This document shows, piece by piece, positions 42,169-52,203 of a DNA stretch of 64,000 nt. How positions within the stretch are numbered: the first letter of the stretch is position 1; each line of letters opens with the position of its first letter. The translations under genes were made by a program, and so were the position numbers. This DNA is from Candidatus Methanophagales archaeon ANME-1-THS. GTDB lineage: Archaea; Halobacteriota; Syntropharchaeia; Alkanophagales; Methanospirareceae. A model generated the notes under the pieces. That model worked only from the letters and a program-made list of their open reading frames with translations. It was not told the origin of the DNA and did no database searches. Where the stretch lies: positions 1,565 to 65,564 of the forward strand of contig RXIE01000127.1 in the NCBI GenBank assembly GCA_004212135.1, in the 5' to 3' direction.

Positions 42169-43138
42169 CTTTCTTCAGTTCTAAGAATCTCTCAATGTCG
42201 AAGAAAATGTCTATTCCCATCTCCATTATCTCTTCCAGTTCCTTCTCGCTCAAGAGTTTTACTTTTGTCTGGTAGTCTTCAAAATAAGTTATGAAAATAG
42301 CTACTTCGTCTTTGTGTGCTTTTTCAAGGATTGAAAGGAGAAGATAAGGATTGTGCGTTGAAATGAAATATTGGTTCTTGTTCTGGTCCAATGCTATTCT
42401 CTCAGCTAGAAATTTTGTGTAGTAAGGAAAGGCATGAGCTTCTGGTTCTTCAAACACTAATACAGAATCTCTATTAGAATCAATTGCGGTGAGATAAAAA
42501 ACGATTCTTTGAAGGGTGTCAGAAGTTAAGGAATAAGGGTAGGAAACAAGGATATCTTTATGATACTTTAAAACTTCAATTTTATTCTCCTGAGGTTTAA
42601 AAACTAATTTCAATCCAAATGGCTCGAAAATTTGACTTGCAGTAGCTTTCAATTCCTTATGAGTCATGAGAATTGCTAACAGGTTATCTCCAGAAGGAGG
42701 TAAAAGAAATTCTAACTCTTTGCTTGGGAAATCCTTCCTTACGGTAAATCTATAGGACTTAGGAAGGTTCAGAGAACCAGAGTATGATCCTCCTCCACTA
42801 CCCTCGTAGTCATAATCAAAGGAAAAAAGTTCTGATTCCTTTTCACGACATCTACCTTTAAACCTTCCTTGCTCAAAATTAATCTTCAAAATTTTATCAT
42901 CTGCTTTTATTGTTATACTTTTATCCAGATTTTCATCGTAAAATAGATTGCTCATAACCTCAAATCTGACAAAGTCTTTAATGCGGAGTCTATGTTCTCC
43001 GGAGGACATTACTCCTAAACTCTCCAAAATATTTGATTTTCCGGTATTTGGTTCACCTATAAAGAGATTTATCCGCTTGCAATCCATCTTCAAGTGCTTT
43101 ATTGACTTAAAATTCTCAATCTCCAGAGTTTGGATCAT
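42080..43138 (-). CDS. AAA_15/AAA_21 ABC-type ATPase (defence/TA-associated); stop apparently lost
   Basis: IENFKSI, GEPNTGKSN, FEEPEAH and ISTHNP; AT-rich; C-terminus runs into the partner gene. Confidence 0.85.
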   Translation of the reverse strand: MIQTLEIENFKSIKHLKMDCKRINLFIGEPNTGKSNILESLGVMSSGEHRLRIKDFVRFEVMSNLFYDENLDKSITIKADDKILKINFEQGRFKGRCREKESELFSFDYDYEGSGGGSYSGSLNLPKSYRFTVRKDFPSKELEFLLPPSGDNLLAILMTHKELKATASQIFEPFGLKLVFKPQENKIEVLKYHKDILVSYPYSLTSDTLQRIVFYLTAIDSNRDSVLVFEEPEAHAFPYYTKFLAERIALDQNKNQYFISTHNPYLLLSILEKAHKDEVAIFITYFEDYQTKVKLLSEKELEEIMEMGIDIFFDIERFLELKKDLYRVQTRFCVSKNVRITKETGYPSGRKT

Positions 43139-43308
43139 TTGATAACCTCCTTATTGTTCTTTGTTTTACTTTCTTTATAAATTCTTTACACCTCATAGCC
43201 TACATCGAAATGATGTTTGTGCCACTTATTGGTCCTTTCAGGCAAGGGATGAAACAAGGTCTCGAAGATTAACGTCTAAACCCCCCAAACACGCGATCAG
43301 CGTATGAT

Positions 43309-44391
43309 TCAACAGATCCTCGGCACGGGATCACCGATCGGCGTCTCTACAATCCGCATGCCGCCAACCCGGGTCTTCATCACCACGCCTTTGAGCTCGT
43401 TCGTCGCGGTACCGATGATCGCGGCATCTTTGCCCTTCTCGGTTCTCCTTAAAGCATCAAGCACCTCATCGGCTTTCTCCTTTACGACGCCGATGACCAC
43501 CTTGCCTTCATTACCGATCTCCAGAGGGTCTATCCCCAGCATCTCACAGGCACTTCGAACTGATTCTCGTATCGGAATTGCGTCCTCCTCAATCATGATG
43601 CCCACGTTCGACTTCTCACTGAATTCATTGAGTGTATTCGCGAGCCCGCCCCTCGTCGGGTCTTTCATGACAACCACACCACCAACCACTAAGAGCTCAT
43701 GAATAAGCTTGTTGAGCGGTGCGATATCTGATCGGAGCTCAGTATCAAACTCGAATCCTTCCCTGAAGGAGAACAGTGCGACACCATGATCCCCGAGGTA
43801 ACCAGAGACGAGTATCTTATCACCAGCCCGGAGATTCGAGTCCACCAACCAGTTCGTATCTAATTCACGATACCTTCTCACTTCCTCCAGGTTTGTATCC
43901 AGAGCCGCTGTTCGCTTACCGATCGCCGAGGTATTCACCACGATCTTCTCCAGAGCACCCTTCTCCACAACCTTTGTATCGCCCGTAACAATTGAGACCT
44001 CCGCCTCGTCACAGGTCCGCTTCATACTCGCCAGAATGCGCTCGAAATCGCTGACCGGGAGCCCTTCTTCGATTACAAAGGCCGCGGATAAGCAGAGCGG
44101 CTCGGCACCCATGACCGCGATATCGTTCACCGTACCTGCGATCGCGAGACTCCCGATATCACCGCCGGGGAAGAATAACGGTTTTACGGTGTGCGAATCG
44201 GTCGTGAAGACGATATGGTCAACGACCGCCGAATCATCCAGAGCGTTCAATGGCACTTCGACCTCTATCTCTCCTCTATCAGTACCCCGCACCTCGTTGA
44301 AATCGAAGTAGCGGAGCACGAGCGTGAGCAACTCACGCATCCCTTCACCGCCTGCTCCATGCTCCAGCTTTATACCGCCTTTCATCACCAT
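43309..44391 (-). CDS. hypE: Hydrogenase maturation dehydratase HypE
   Basis: HGAGG, FTTDSH, GTVND, KDPTRGG and C-terminal PRIC. Confidence 0.97.
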   Translation of the reverse strand: MVMKGGIKLEHGAGGEGMRELLTLVLRYFDFNEVRGTDRGEIEVEVPLNALDDSAVVDHIVFTTDSHTVKPLFFPGGDIGSLAIAGTVNDIAVMGAEPLCLSAAFVIEEGLPVSDFERILASMKRTCDEAEVSIVTGDTKVVEKGALEKIVVNTSAIGKRTAALDTNLEEVRRYRELDTNWLVDSNLRAGDKILVSGYLGDHGVALFSFREGFEFDTELRSDIAPLNKLIHELLVVGGVVVMKDPTRGGLANTLNEFSEKSNVGIMIEEDAIPIRESVRSACEMLGIDPLEIGNEGKVVIGVVKEKADEVLDALRRTEKGKDAAIIGTATNELKGVVMKTRVGGMRIVETPIGDPVPRIC

Positions 44392-44473
44392 GCTCGAAAC
44401 CCCGTCAGTATCACAATACCTTATTATGGTGCAGCGTCTTAAGAACTGTCATACGCTCAGGGGTGGATCTACG

Positions 44474-45049
44474 ATGGGCTCGAAGCGAGAACTCCTCTTC
44501 ATCACGACCAATCAGCACAAAGTAAAAGAGATACAGGAGCTGGCGGAGTCTGAATCGAGGAATCTAACCATCGTGCATAGAAACTATGAGTACCCGGAAT
44601 TACAGCTCGATGAGCTGGAAGAGGTGGCGCGAGCAAGTGCGAAGTATCTCCAAAAGAAGGGAGTGATTCAAAGACCATTCCTCATTGAAGACTCCGGGTT
44701 GTTTATTCACGCGTTACATGGTTTCCCCGGCCCTTTTTCCGCATACGTCTTTAAAAGAATCGGTAATGAGGGCATTCTGAAATTGATGGCAGGTAAACAA
44801 GCTGATGAACGAAGGGCGCTGTTTAAAACCGCGGTCGCATTCTGCGAACCGGACCGAGCAGAGCCGGTCATTTTTGTCGGCACGGTGGAAGGGAGCATTG
44901 CAGATGAGGCACGGGGCAGTGGTGGTTTTGGCTTCGATCCCATCTTCGAATTCGGGGGGAAGACGTTTGCCGAGCTGAGCACGGAAGAAAAGAATAAGGT
45001 ATCGCATCGGAGCAGAGCATTCAGGAAATTACTGGCATTCCTCTCGTAA
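44474..45049 (+). CDS. rdgB: Non-canonical purine NTP pyrophosphatase (RdgB/HAM1)
   Basis: TTNQHKVKE, EDSGL, GFGFDPIF and SHRSRA motifs. Confidence 0.95.
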   Translation: MGSKRELLFITTNQHKVKEIQELAESESRNLTIVHRNYEYPELQLDELEEVARASAKYLQKKGVIQRPFLIEDSGLFIHALHGFPGPFSAYVFKRIGNEGILKLMAGKQADERRALFKTAVAFCEPDRAEPVIFVGTVEGSIADEARGSGGFGFDPIFEFGGKTFAELSTEEKNKVSHRSRAFRKLLAFLS

Positions 45050-45241
45050 AAACAGAGCGTATCTCACTCAAGTATTCTTCTTCCATACGATGATTTCGAA
45101 AAGTTTAATTAATTGGCACCGTTTTTATCTAGTGTGGGGATGAAACGATCTAAGGTGGGATCAGGGTGTGCTACGCTCAAAAAGGGGGGAGAAGGACCAC
45201 CTCATCTAACTCCGTTTTTGTTCACCTCCGTTTTTCATAAG

Positions 45242-45928
45242 ATGGCTATGTTCTTGCCCCATACCAAGAAATTCTTCGACCTCTTCGAGGACCTTGCTGA
45301 TAAAGCGGTCGAAGCCTCGCAACTGCTGCTGGAGTTAAGTGCTGACTCACCCTCAGCCGTCCCTATTTCCCTGAGCCCTGATCTGCGCAGCTCAAATCTC
45401 ATGCGAATACGATCACAACTCAGGACACTGGAGAATGAAGCGGATTCCATCGTCCATCAAATTATCCATGAACTGTTTTTTGACCACACCCGGGTCACCG
45501 AGGAGAAGGGCGATATCCGGTACTTCGCTCATAATCTCGACAATGTCATTGATAATGTAGAAAAAGCAGTGGCCCGATTGGCCTTTACCCCACGACTTAC
45601 CATTCCAGAATCGGTCAGTGAGTTCGCTCCGGTCATCCATGAGGCGGCGCAGGAGATAAAGAAAGCGGTCGGTTGTTTGCGAGAGCTCAGACGCGAAGAG
45701 ATGACCTTACAAAACTGCTGCATTCGAATTAACGAGTTGGAGAATAAAGCAGACAAAATAAATCGGCGATGGCTGAAGATTCTCATGACCACACCGGTGG
45801 AAGATCCCAATGAAGTGCTTGAACGGCTCTTACTGAAAGAGGTCGTGGGGATTTTAGAGAATACAATGGACAATTGTGAGGACATCGCGAATATTCTGGA
45901 GACCTTTGGATTAAAGGGCGGGATCTGA
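45242..45928 (+). CDS. DUF47/PhoU-like phosphate transport regulator
   Basis: FFDLFE, LENEAD, LDNVID and ELENKAD; coupled to pit. Confidence 0.88.
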   Translation: MAMFLPHTKKFFDLFEDLADKAVEASQLLLELSADSPSAVPISLSPDLRSSNLMRIRSQLRTLENEADSIVHQIIHELFFDHTRVTEEKGDIRYFAHNLDNVIDNVEKAVARLAFTPRLTIPESVSEFAPVIHEAAQEIKKAVGCLRELRREEMTLQNCCIRINELENKADKINRRWLKILMTTPVEDPNEVLERLLLKEVVGILENTMDNCEDIANILETFGLKGGI

Positions 45929-46953
45929 TGTGGCTGGCATTGGTTCTGATCATCTCGCTTGCGCTGATCTATGATTTTCTGAATGGCGCGAATGACAGTG
46001 CAAACGCAATAGCGACGGTGATCGCGACCAAAGCATTACCACCACTGAAGGCATTAGGGCTCGCGAGTTTCTTTAATCTGCTCGGCGCTTTCTTCTTTAC
46101 CGAAGTCGCAAAAACAATTGGGAGCGGGATTGTTGCTACCACTGAGCTTGCACCTACCCTGGTCCTTCTGGTGCTCATGAGCGGGTTGCTCGGCGCGATA
46201 CTCTGGACGTATCTCTGCACCTCGCTCGGTATCCCGATAAGTGTGACGCATTCGTTAGTGGGAGCGATTATGGGTGCGGGATTCGTTGCAGGCGGCGCGG
46301 GCATCATCCAGTGGGGTATCCTGAAGCAAAAAGTTTTTCTCGCTATTGCGCTCGGCCCGTTTGCCGGCTTTGTAGCCGGGGCTCTGCTCTTCTCGCTCAT
46401 CAGTTGGGTGCTCTACCTCTTTTATCAAAAGGTGCCCCCCACCAAGACGGAGGTGCTCTTTAAGAAATTACAGCTCATTTCCGCATCCTTCATGGCATTC
46501 AGTCACGGCATGAATGATACGCAAAATGCGATGGGTGTGATTACTGCGGCGTTGATCACCGGCGGTTTTATCGCGACGTATCCTTCGGACCAATTTCCTG
46601 TTCCCTGGTGGGTGAAGCTCCTCTGTGGTTCGATGATGGCGCTGGGCACACTTCTGATGGGCTGGAAAGTCATCCGAACAATGGGCTGGCGGTTAACGAA
46701 GCTGGAGCCCAAGCATGGGTTCGCGGCTGAGACTGGTACAGGGCTCGCTGTGGTAGCGGTTAGCCTCGTTGGTATGCCGGTGAGCACCACGCACATCATC
46801 GGGTCAGCCGTGATAGGGGGTACATTCTTTCAGAGCCTGCGCAGAATCAGATGGTCCGAGGTGGGACGAATGGTCACCGCCTGGATCATCACCATTCCCC
46901 TCTCCGCTCTCTTTGGTGGTGCATCCTATTGGCTCCTGCGGCTCACGGTATGA
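45928..46953 (+). CDS. pit: Inorganic phosphate transporter (PiT family)
   Basis: NGANDSANAIAT, HGMNDTQNAMG and PVSTTH motifs. Confidence 0.95.
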   Translation: MWLALVLIISLALIYDFLNGANDSANAIATVIATKALPPLKALGLASFFNLLGAFFFTEVAKTIGSGIVATTELAPTLVLLVLMSGLLGAILWTYLCTSLGIPISVTHSLVGAIMGAGFVAGGAGIIQWGILKQKVFLAIALGPFAGFVAGALLFSLISWVLYLFYQKVPPTKTEVLFKKLQLISASFMAFSHGMNDTQNAMGVITAALITGGFIATYPSDQFPVPWWVKLLCGSMMALGTLLMGWKVIRTMGWRLTKLEPKHGFAAETGTGLAVVAVSLVGMPVSTTHIIGSAVIGGTFFQSLRRIRWSEVGRMVTAWIITIPLSALFGGASYWLLRLTV

Positions 46954-47108
46954 GGTAAGCCTGCGGACTGGCGACTAAAGGGACGGAGCTCCGGCCCGTT
47001 GATCACCGTATCGCGACCAAAAGATATTTATAGATTGAAAAATATATATTATTTTTAATATCCTTATATATTTTTAAGATGTGGTATATATGTGAGGTGA
47101 GAAAAAAG

Positions 47109-48116
47109 ATGAAGAAGATGAAAGCGATAGCGAGTGCAGCGGCACTCATAGCGATTGCAGCGCTCGGCACAGCGATCCTCATACCAGCGACCACAACGGC
47201 TGTGACTCCAGCGGGTCTCTCGGTACCCTGACCATTGCGGGGCTCCACAACCGTACTTCCGATCAATGAGGAGTGCGCGCGACTGCTTCGCGTGGCGAAC
47301 CCTGACCTCCGCATATCTGTTTCAGGTGGCGGATCGGGTCATGGCGTCAAAGCGGTCGGATCCGGCGAGATCGATATTGGCGCGGCATCGCGCGATGTGA
47401 AATCCGAGGAGATGGCATTGTATCCCGATCTGAAGCCGGTGGCAATTGGAAAGGATAGTGTGGCGATTGTGGTGCACCCCCGCAATACGATCAGTGATTT
47501 AACCATGGAAGAGGCCTCGAAGATCTTCAGCGGCGAGATCACGAACTGGAAGGAGGTGGGCGGCGCCGATGCAGCGATTCGGGTCATCACGCGGGAAGAA
47601 GGATCAGGCACTCGAGAGGTATTCGAGACCTATGTGCTGAAGCCATTTAAGCGAGAACTAGCAGGACAAGCATCAGTAAAGCAATCCAATGGCGAGGTAC
47701 GGGCAACGCTCAGCAGTGATGCCTCGAGCATCGGGTATCTCTCGCTCGGCTACGTCGATGAGACCGTCAAAGCGGTTCGCATAGGTGGCGTGGTGGCAAC
47801 CGTCGAGAATGTGCGTTCAGGCGCCTATCCCATTACGAGGAACCTGTATCTCATCACGAAAGGGGAGCCTAGTGAACTTGAAAAGGGATTCATCGAGTTC
47901 GTGTTGAGCACTGAAGGACAACGGATCGTCGAAGATATGGGCTATATCGCGTTGGCCCCCCTCGAGATGTCAACGCCAGCACCAACCGCGAGACCGATAA
48001 CCACACCACTGCCAACTCCAACGTCCGCGCCCAAAGAGCCGGGCTTCGGGGTTATAGGTGCTATCGCAGGACTGCTTGCCGTGCTGTTTCTCGCTCGGAG
48101 AAGCAGGACGAAGTAA
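47109..48116 (+). pseudogene. pstS: Phosphate-binding protein PstS with PGF-CTERM anchor, interrupted by an in-frame TGA
   Basis: Signal peptide from ATG 47109 is in frame with GSTTVLP...GGGSG...REEGSGTR...YPITR but separated from it by TGA 47229-47231. Confidence 0.85.
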
Positions 48117-48227
48117 AAGCACGAGCACAAAGAGAAGCTAAAAAATGGATCAAATACCAGGGTTTATTTTTTCCCCCTTTCCTTTTACTGTTAGTAGGAA
48201 CGTGGCGTGCGAGAACGAGAAGGTACA

Positions 48228-48959
48228 ATGAAAATCGCGCAGATATCAGACATTCATGCAGCCGATGCTCATTTACTGCCTGACTTAGCAGAGAATGTCA
48301 TAAAGAGGATAAATGAATTGAGGCCTGAAATTCTTGTGGTGACGGGCGATTTAACTGATAACGGCTATCCAATCGAGTATGAACGGGCGAAGCACTATGT
48401 CGATCGAATCGCGTGTGCGATACGAGTGGTGGTTCCAGGAAATCACGATGTGCGGAACGTTGGTGATCTCGGCTTTGAGGAGTTCTTCGGACCCCGATCA
48501 AAGAAGGAGCGTTACAACGGCGTAACTATTCTGGGCATTGATTCCACACAGCCTGATATTGATGACGGTCATGTGGGCAGGGACAAATACACATGGATCG
48601 AGCAGAGCCTGAATACAAAGGACTTTAAGATCGTGGCGCTCCACCATCATCTGATTCCGGTTCCCAAAACCGGGCGAGAAAGCAGTATCCTCAGAGATGC
48701 GGGCGATCTACTCGAACTGCTGGTGAGATGCAAGGTTGACCTGGTACTCTGTGGTCATAAGCATGTGCCGTGGGTCTGGGACGTGAATGGGATGATCATT
48801 CTCAATGCAGGTACTGCGTGCACGAACCGCGTAAAATGGAATATACCACAATCGTTCAATCTCATCGAAGTGGACGAATCGGCAATGGGCGCGATCAAGA
48901 TCCACCGTATGTATTCATGTGGCGGAGAGGAGTTGGTCTTCGAGCAGAAGAGGGGATAA
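48228..48959 (+). CDS. Calcineurin-like metallophosphoesterase (Icc/CpdA-like)
   Basis: SDIH, TGDLT, PGNHD, LHHH and CGHKH motifs. Confidence 0.92.
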   Translation: MKIAQISDIHAADAHLLPDLAENVIKRINELRPEILVVTGDLTDNGYPIEYERAKHYVDRIACAIRVVVPGNHDVRNVGDLGFEEFFGPRSKKERYNGVTILGIDSTQPDIDDGHVGRDKYTWIEQSLNTKDFKIVALHHHLIPVPKTGRESSILRDAGDLLELLVRCKVDLVLCGHKHVPWVWDVNGMIILNAGTACTNRVKWNIPQSFNLIEVDESAMGAIKIHRMYSCGGEELVFEQKRG

Positions 48960-48965
48960 CGCGTT

Positions 48966-49880
48966 ATGAGCGACTCAGCGCAGCGGTGCGCCGGTGCCTT
49001 TGGATCTTTCAGGGGCGGTTTGGCTGAACGACTGGTAGAGAAGCTCCTCTTTATCTGCGCGCTTTCCTCTATTCTCATTGTCTTTTTTATCATCGCCTTC
49101 ATCTTGAAAGAAGGCATTCCTGTCCTTGCGCTTGGTCCTGATTTCTTCTTCGGGATGACCTGGAAGCCCGGTCAGGGCCAGTTTGGCGTGGTGCCGACGG
49201 TACTGAGCACCTTCATCGTGGGCATCGGTGCACTGGGGATCGCGGCAGTGATTGGTATACCTGCTGCGATCTATTTAGCTGAATTCGCACCCGAATGGCT
49301 GCGAGCTCTTATCAAGCCGAGCGTGGAGATGTTGGTGGGTATTCCATCGATCGTGCTCGGCTTCTTCGGCTTGATGGTGCTCGTGGTCTTCATCCGAGAC
49401 AATATCGGCGGCTGGGGTGAATGTATCCTGGCAGGGTGGGTAATCCTCGCGGTCATGACCCTGCCGCACGTCATCAGTATATCCGAAGATGCGCTTCGCG
49501 CGGTACCGAGAACCTATAAAGAGGCATCACTCGGGCTCGGTGCCACACCATTACAGACAATACGAAAGATACTAGTGCCAAATGCACGATCCGGGATCCT
49601 GGCCTCTTTGATTTTGGGTATGGGCAATGCGATTGGCGAGACCATGGCGGTCCTGATGGTCATCGGAAATCCGAACATACCCTGGATTCCCAGCAGCGTG
49701 CTGGAACCGGTACGAGTGCTCACCTCCACGATTGTCATTGAGATTTCGTACGTCGTCTGGGGTTCGACGCACCAGCATGCGTTGTTTGCGCTCGGTGTGA
49801 TTCTCTTCAGCATTGTTGCGGTGCTCAATGCAATCACCACGGCACTGATCAGAAAGGGGATAAGGACGGGGTGTAGATGA
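48966..49880 (+). CDS. pstC: Phosphate ABC permease PstC
   Basis: AIYLAEFAP, GIPSIV, EASLGLGAT and AIGETMAV motifs. Confidence 0.95.
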   Translation: MSDSAQRCAGAFGSFRGGLAERLVEKLLFICALSSILIVFFIIAFILKEGIPVLALGPDFFFGMTWKPGQGQFGVVPTVLSTFIVGIGALGIAAVIGIPAAIYLAEFAPEWLRALIKPSVEMLVGIPSIVLGFFGLMVLVVFIRDNIGGWGECILAGWVILAVMTLPHVISISEDALRAVPRTYKEASLGLGATPLQTIRKILVPNARSGILASLILGMGNAIGETMAVLMVIGNPNIPWIPSSVLEPVRVLTSTIVIEISYVVWGSTHQHALFALGVILFSIVAVLNAITTALIRKGIRTGCR

Positions 49881-50740
49881 ACAGAGGCGAAGTAGCTGAA
49901 AAGCTGGTAAAAGCAGGCTTGCTCGGAGCGGCGCTTATATCCGTCGCGGTCCTCCTCATCGTCGTTGCGTACATCGTTCTTAAAGGTGTGGGCACGATAA
50001 ATCTCGAGTTCCTGACCCAGGCTCAATATCGATTTGGACGGGGTGGTGGTATCTTTCCGCAGATCATCGGCTCGTTAGGTTTGGTCGGGGTCTGTCTGCT
50101 CTTCGCTGTTCCGCTGGGCGTTGCGTCTGCGATCTATCTCGCGGAATATGCCCCGAATAACCTGGTCACGGAAAGCGTGCGGTTCTTTGTGGCATGCCTG
50201 GCGGGTATACCCTCAATTGTGATAGGACTGTTTGGATTGGTATTTCTCGTTTATTACCTCCATCTGGGCGTCTCCCTGCTCTCCGGCGGTTTAGCGCTCG
50301 GGTTTATGATCCTCCCGTGGACCGTTCGGGCGAGTGAAGAAGCGATCAAAGCGGTTCCCCAGTCTTACCGCGAGGCGTCGCTCGCATTAGGCGTCACCAA
50401 GCTCCAAACCATTCGGAGGATCGTGCTTAAAAGCGCTTATCCGGGCATCATCACGGGTGTACTCCTGGGCACGGGCAAGGCGATAGGAGAGACTGCAGTT
50501 GTGCTTTTAACCGCGGGTTCTGGTCTTGAGAGCTTCTTACCCCGGTCTATATTCGACCCTGTTGCGTCGCTACCCGTCTATGTGTATCTGCTTGCAACAA
50601 CGGGGAACACGTCAGAGCAGCTCGAACGTGCGTTTGGCGCATCGCTCGTGCTCATCACGCTCTTTCTGCTGATGAGCATCTTCGCGTTAGTCCTTCGGGA
50701 TCGCTATTTCAAACGTATGAGAGGAAGAGGAGGAGGCTAG
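49877..50740 (+). CDS. pstA: Phosphate ABC permease PstA
   Basis: [24 protein letters not shown] and GETA motifs. Confidence 0.95.
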   Translation: MNRGEVAEKLVKAGLLGAALISVAVLLIVVAYIVLKGVGTINLEFLTQAQYRFGRGGGIFPQIIGSLGLVGVCLLFAVPLGVASAIYLAEYAPNNLVTESVRFFVACLAGIPSIVIGLFGLVFLVYYLHLGVSLLSGGLALGFMILPWTVRASEEAIKAVPQSYREASLALGVTKLQTIRRIVLKSAYPGIITGVLLGTGKAIGETAVVLLTAGSGLESFLPRSIFDPVASLPVYVYLLATTGNTSEQLERAFGASLVLITLFLLMSIFALVLRDRYFKRMRGRGGG

Positions 50741-50745
50741 GAGCA

Positions 50746-51498
50746 ATGAGTAAGATAGAGACTATAGGGCTGAGTGTGTATTATGGAGATGGCACGGTCT
50801 GTGGGTTAAAAGCGGTGAATATAACGATCGAAGCGAACAAAATCACGGCGTTGATCGGACCCTCGGGCTGCGGTAAGACGACATTTCTCAGAGCGTTGAA
50901 CCGGATGAACGAACTCAAGGGAGCGCAGACAAAGGGAAAGGTTCTTATCGATGGGATTGATATTTACAATGGCAAAGTGGATGTCATTCAGTTGAGGAAG
51001 AGAATAGGCATGGTCTTCCAGCAGCCTAATCCCTTTCCCATGAGTATTTACGATAACGTTGCGTATGGCCCTCGGATCCATGGCCAGCGGAACGAGAACC
51101 TGGGTACGATTGTGGAGGAGAGTTTGAAGAAAGCGGCATTGTGGGATGAGGTAAAAGACCGGTTGGACGAGAATGCGTTGGGATTCTCGGGAGGGCAGCA
51201 GCAGCGGTTGTGCATTGCGCGCGCACTTGCGGTCAATCCAGAAATCATCCTCTTTGATGAGCCCTGTTCAGCATTAGATCCGGTATCCACAGCGCGAATC
51301 GAGGAGCTGTTGACCGAATTGAAGCAGGAGTATACCATCGTGATCGTCACGCATAACATGCAGCAGGCCGCCCGTGTCTCGGATTGTACCGCGTTCTTCC
51401 TCATGGGCGAACTGATCGAATATGGAAAGACGTCGCAGATCTTTGAGCGACCAAAGGATAAGCGGACGGAGGATTATATTACCGGGAGGTTCGGCTAG
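50746..51498 (+). CDS. pstB: Phosphate ABC ATPase PstB
   Basis: [25 protein letters not shown] and YITGRFG motifs. Confidence 0.97.
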   Translation: MSKIETIGLSVYYGDGTVCGLKAVNITIEANKITALIGPSGCGKTTFLRALNRMNELKGAQTKGKVLIDGIDIYNGKVDVIQLRKRIGMVFQQPNPFPMSIYDNVAYGPRIHGQRNENLGTIVEESLKKAALWDEVKDRLDENALGFSGGQQQRLCIARALAVNPEIILFDEPCSALDPVSTARIEELLTELKQEYTIVIVTHNMQQAARVSDCTAFFLMGELIEYGKTSQIFERPKDKRTEDYITGRFG

Positions 51499-52155
51499 AT
51501 GAAGGTCAGAAAAGACTATCTGGAGGCTTTAGAGAAGCTCAAATCGGATGTATTACGGATGGGTGAGCTTGCCAAAGCTGCTGCAAAGAACGCCATCGAC
51601 GCGCTCGTTAATCATGACAAGGAGTTGGCCGTGCGACTTCTCGAAGAGAATAGCGTGATCGATCGGATGGAATTTGAGATCGAGAACCAGTGTATGAGAC
51701 TCCTCGCGTTACAGCAGCCGATGGCGATTGATCTCAGAACAATCGAAACGTCCTTGAAGATCATAACCGATTTCGACCGTATAAGCGACCTCGCAGGTGA
51801 TATTGCAGAGATTGTTATTCAGATCGCGGATCAACCGTACGCGAAACCGCTCATTGATATCCCGAGAATCTCAGAGATCTCGCAGGGTATGCTCGCGGAT
51901 TGCCTTGAGGCATTCGCAACGCACCGAATCGAGAAATTAGAGGATTTTTCTGCGCGCGATGATATTGTTGATGCGTTATTTGGCCAGATACGGCGGGAAC
52001 TGGTGGCTATCATGATCGAAAATCCGCGCGCTATTACCAGCGCGAGTCACCTTATCTTCATCGGACTCCATCAGGAACGAATAGCGGATCATGCCTGTAA
52101 CATCGCCGGCCGGATCATCTACATGGTAACGGGAGAGCGGAGGAAGCTGGGATGA
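51499..52155 (+). CDS. phoU: Phosphate signalling protein PhoU
   Basis: LALQQPMAIDLR, DRISD and ERIADHACNI motifs. Confidence 0.95.
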   Translation: MKVRKDYLEALEKLKSDVLRMGELAKAAAKNAIDALVNHDKELAVRLLEENSVIDRMEFEIENQCMRLLALQQPMAIDLRTIETSLKIITDFDRISDLAGDIAEIVIQIADQPYAKPLIDIPRISEISQGMLADCLEAFATHRIEKLEDFSARDDIVDALFGQIRRELVAIMIENPRAITSASHLIFIGLHQERIADHACNIAGRIIYMVTGERRKLG

Positions 52156-52203
52156 GGACCGTGGTCTAAGCGAGCTCAGTGATAATGAACATGCCTACAG
52201 GAT

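Noticed and set aside
45330-45400. Possible insert in the DUF47 protein (DSPSAVPISLSPDLRSS)
   Set aside because: It shows no similarity to the 45-nt element and cannot be called an insertion without an alignment.
47229-47231. Selenocysteine read-through of the pstS TGA
   Set aside because: The flanking residues fit PstS only in the shifted frame, so the TGA results from an indel pair; it is not at a Cys position.
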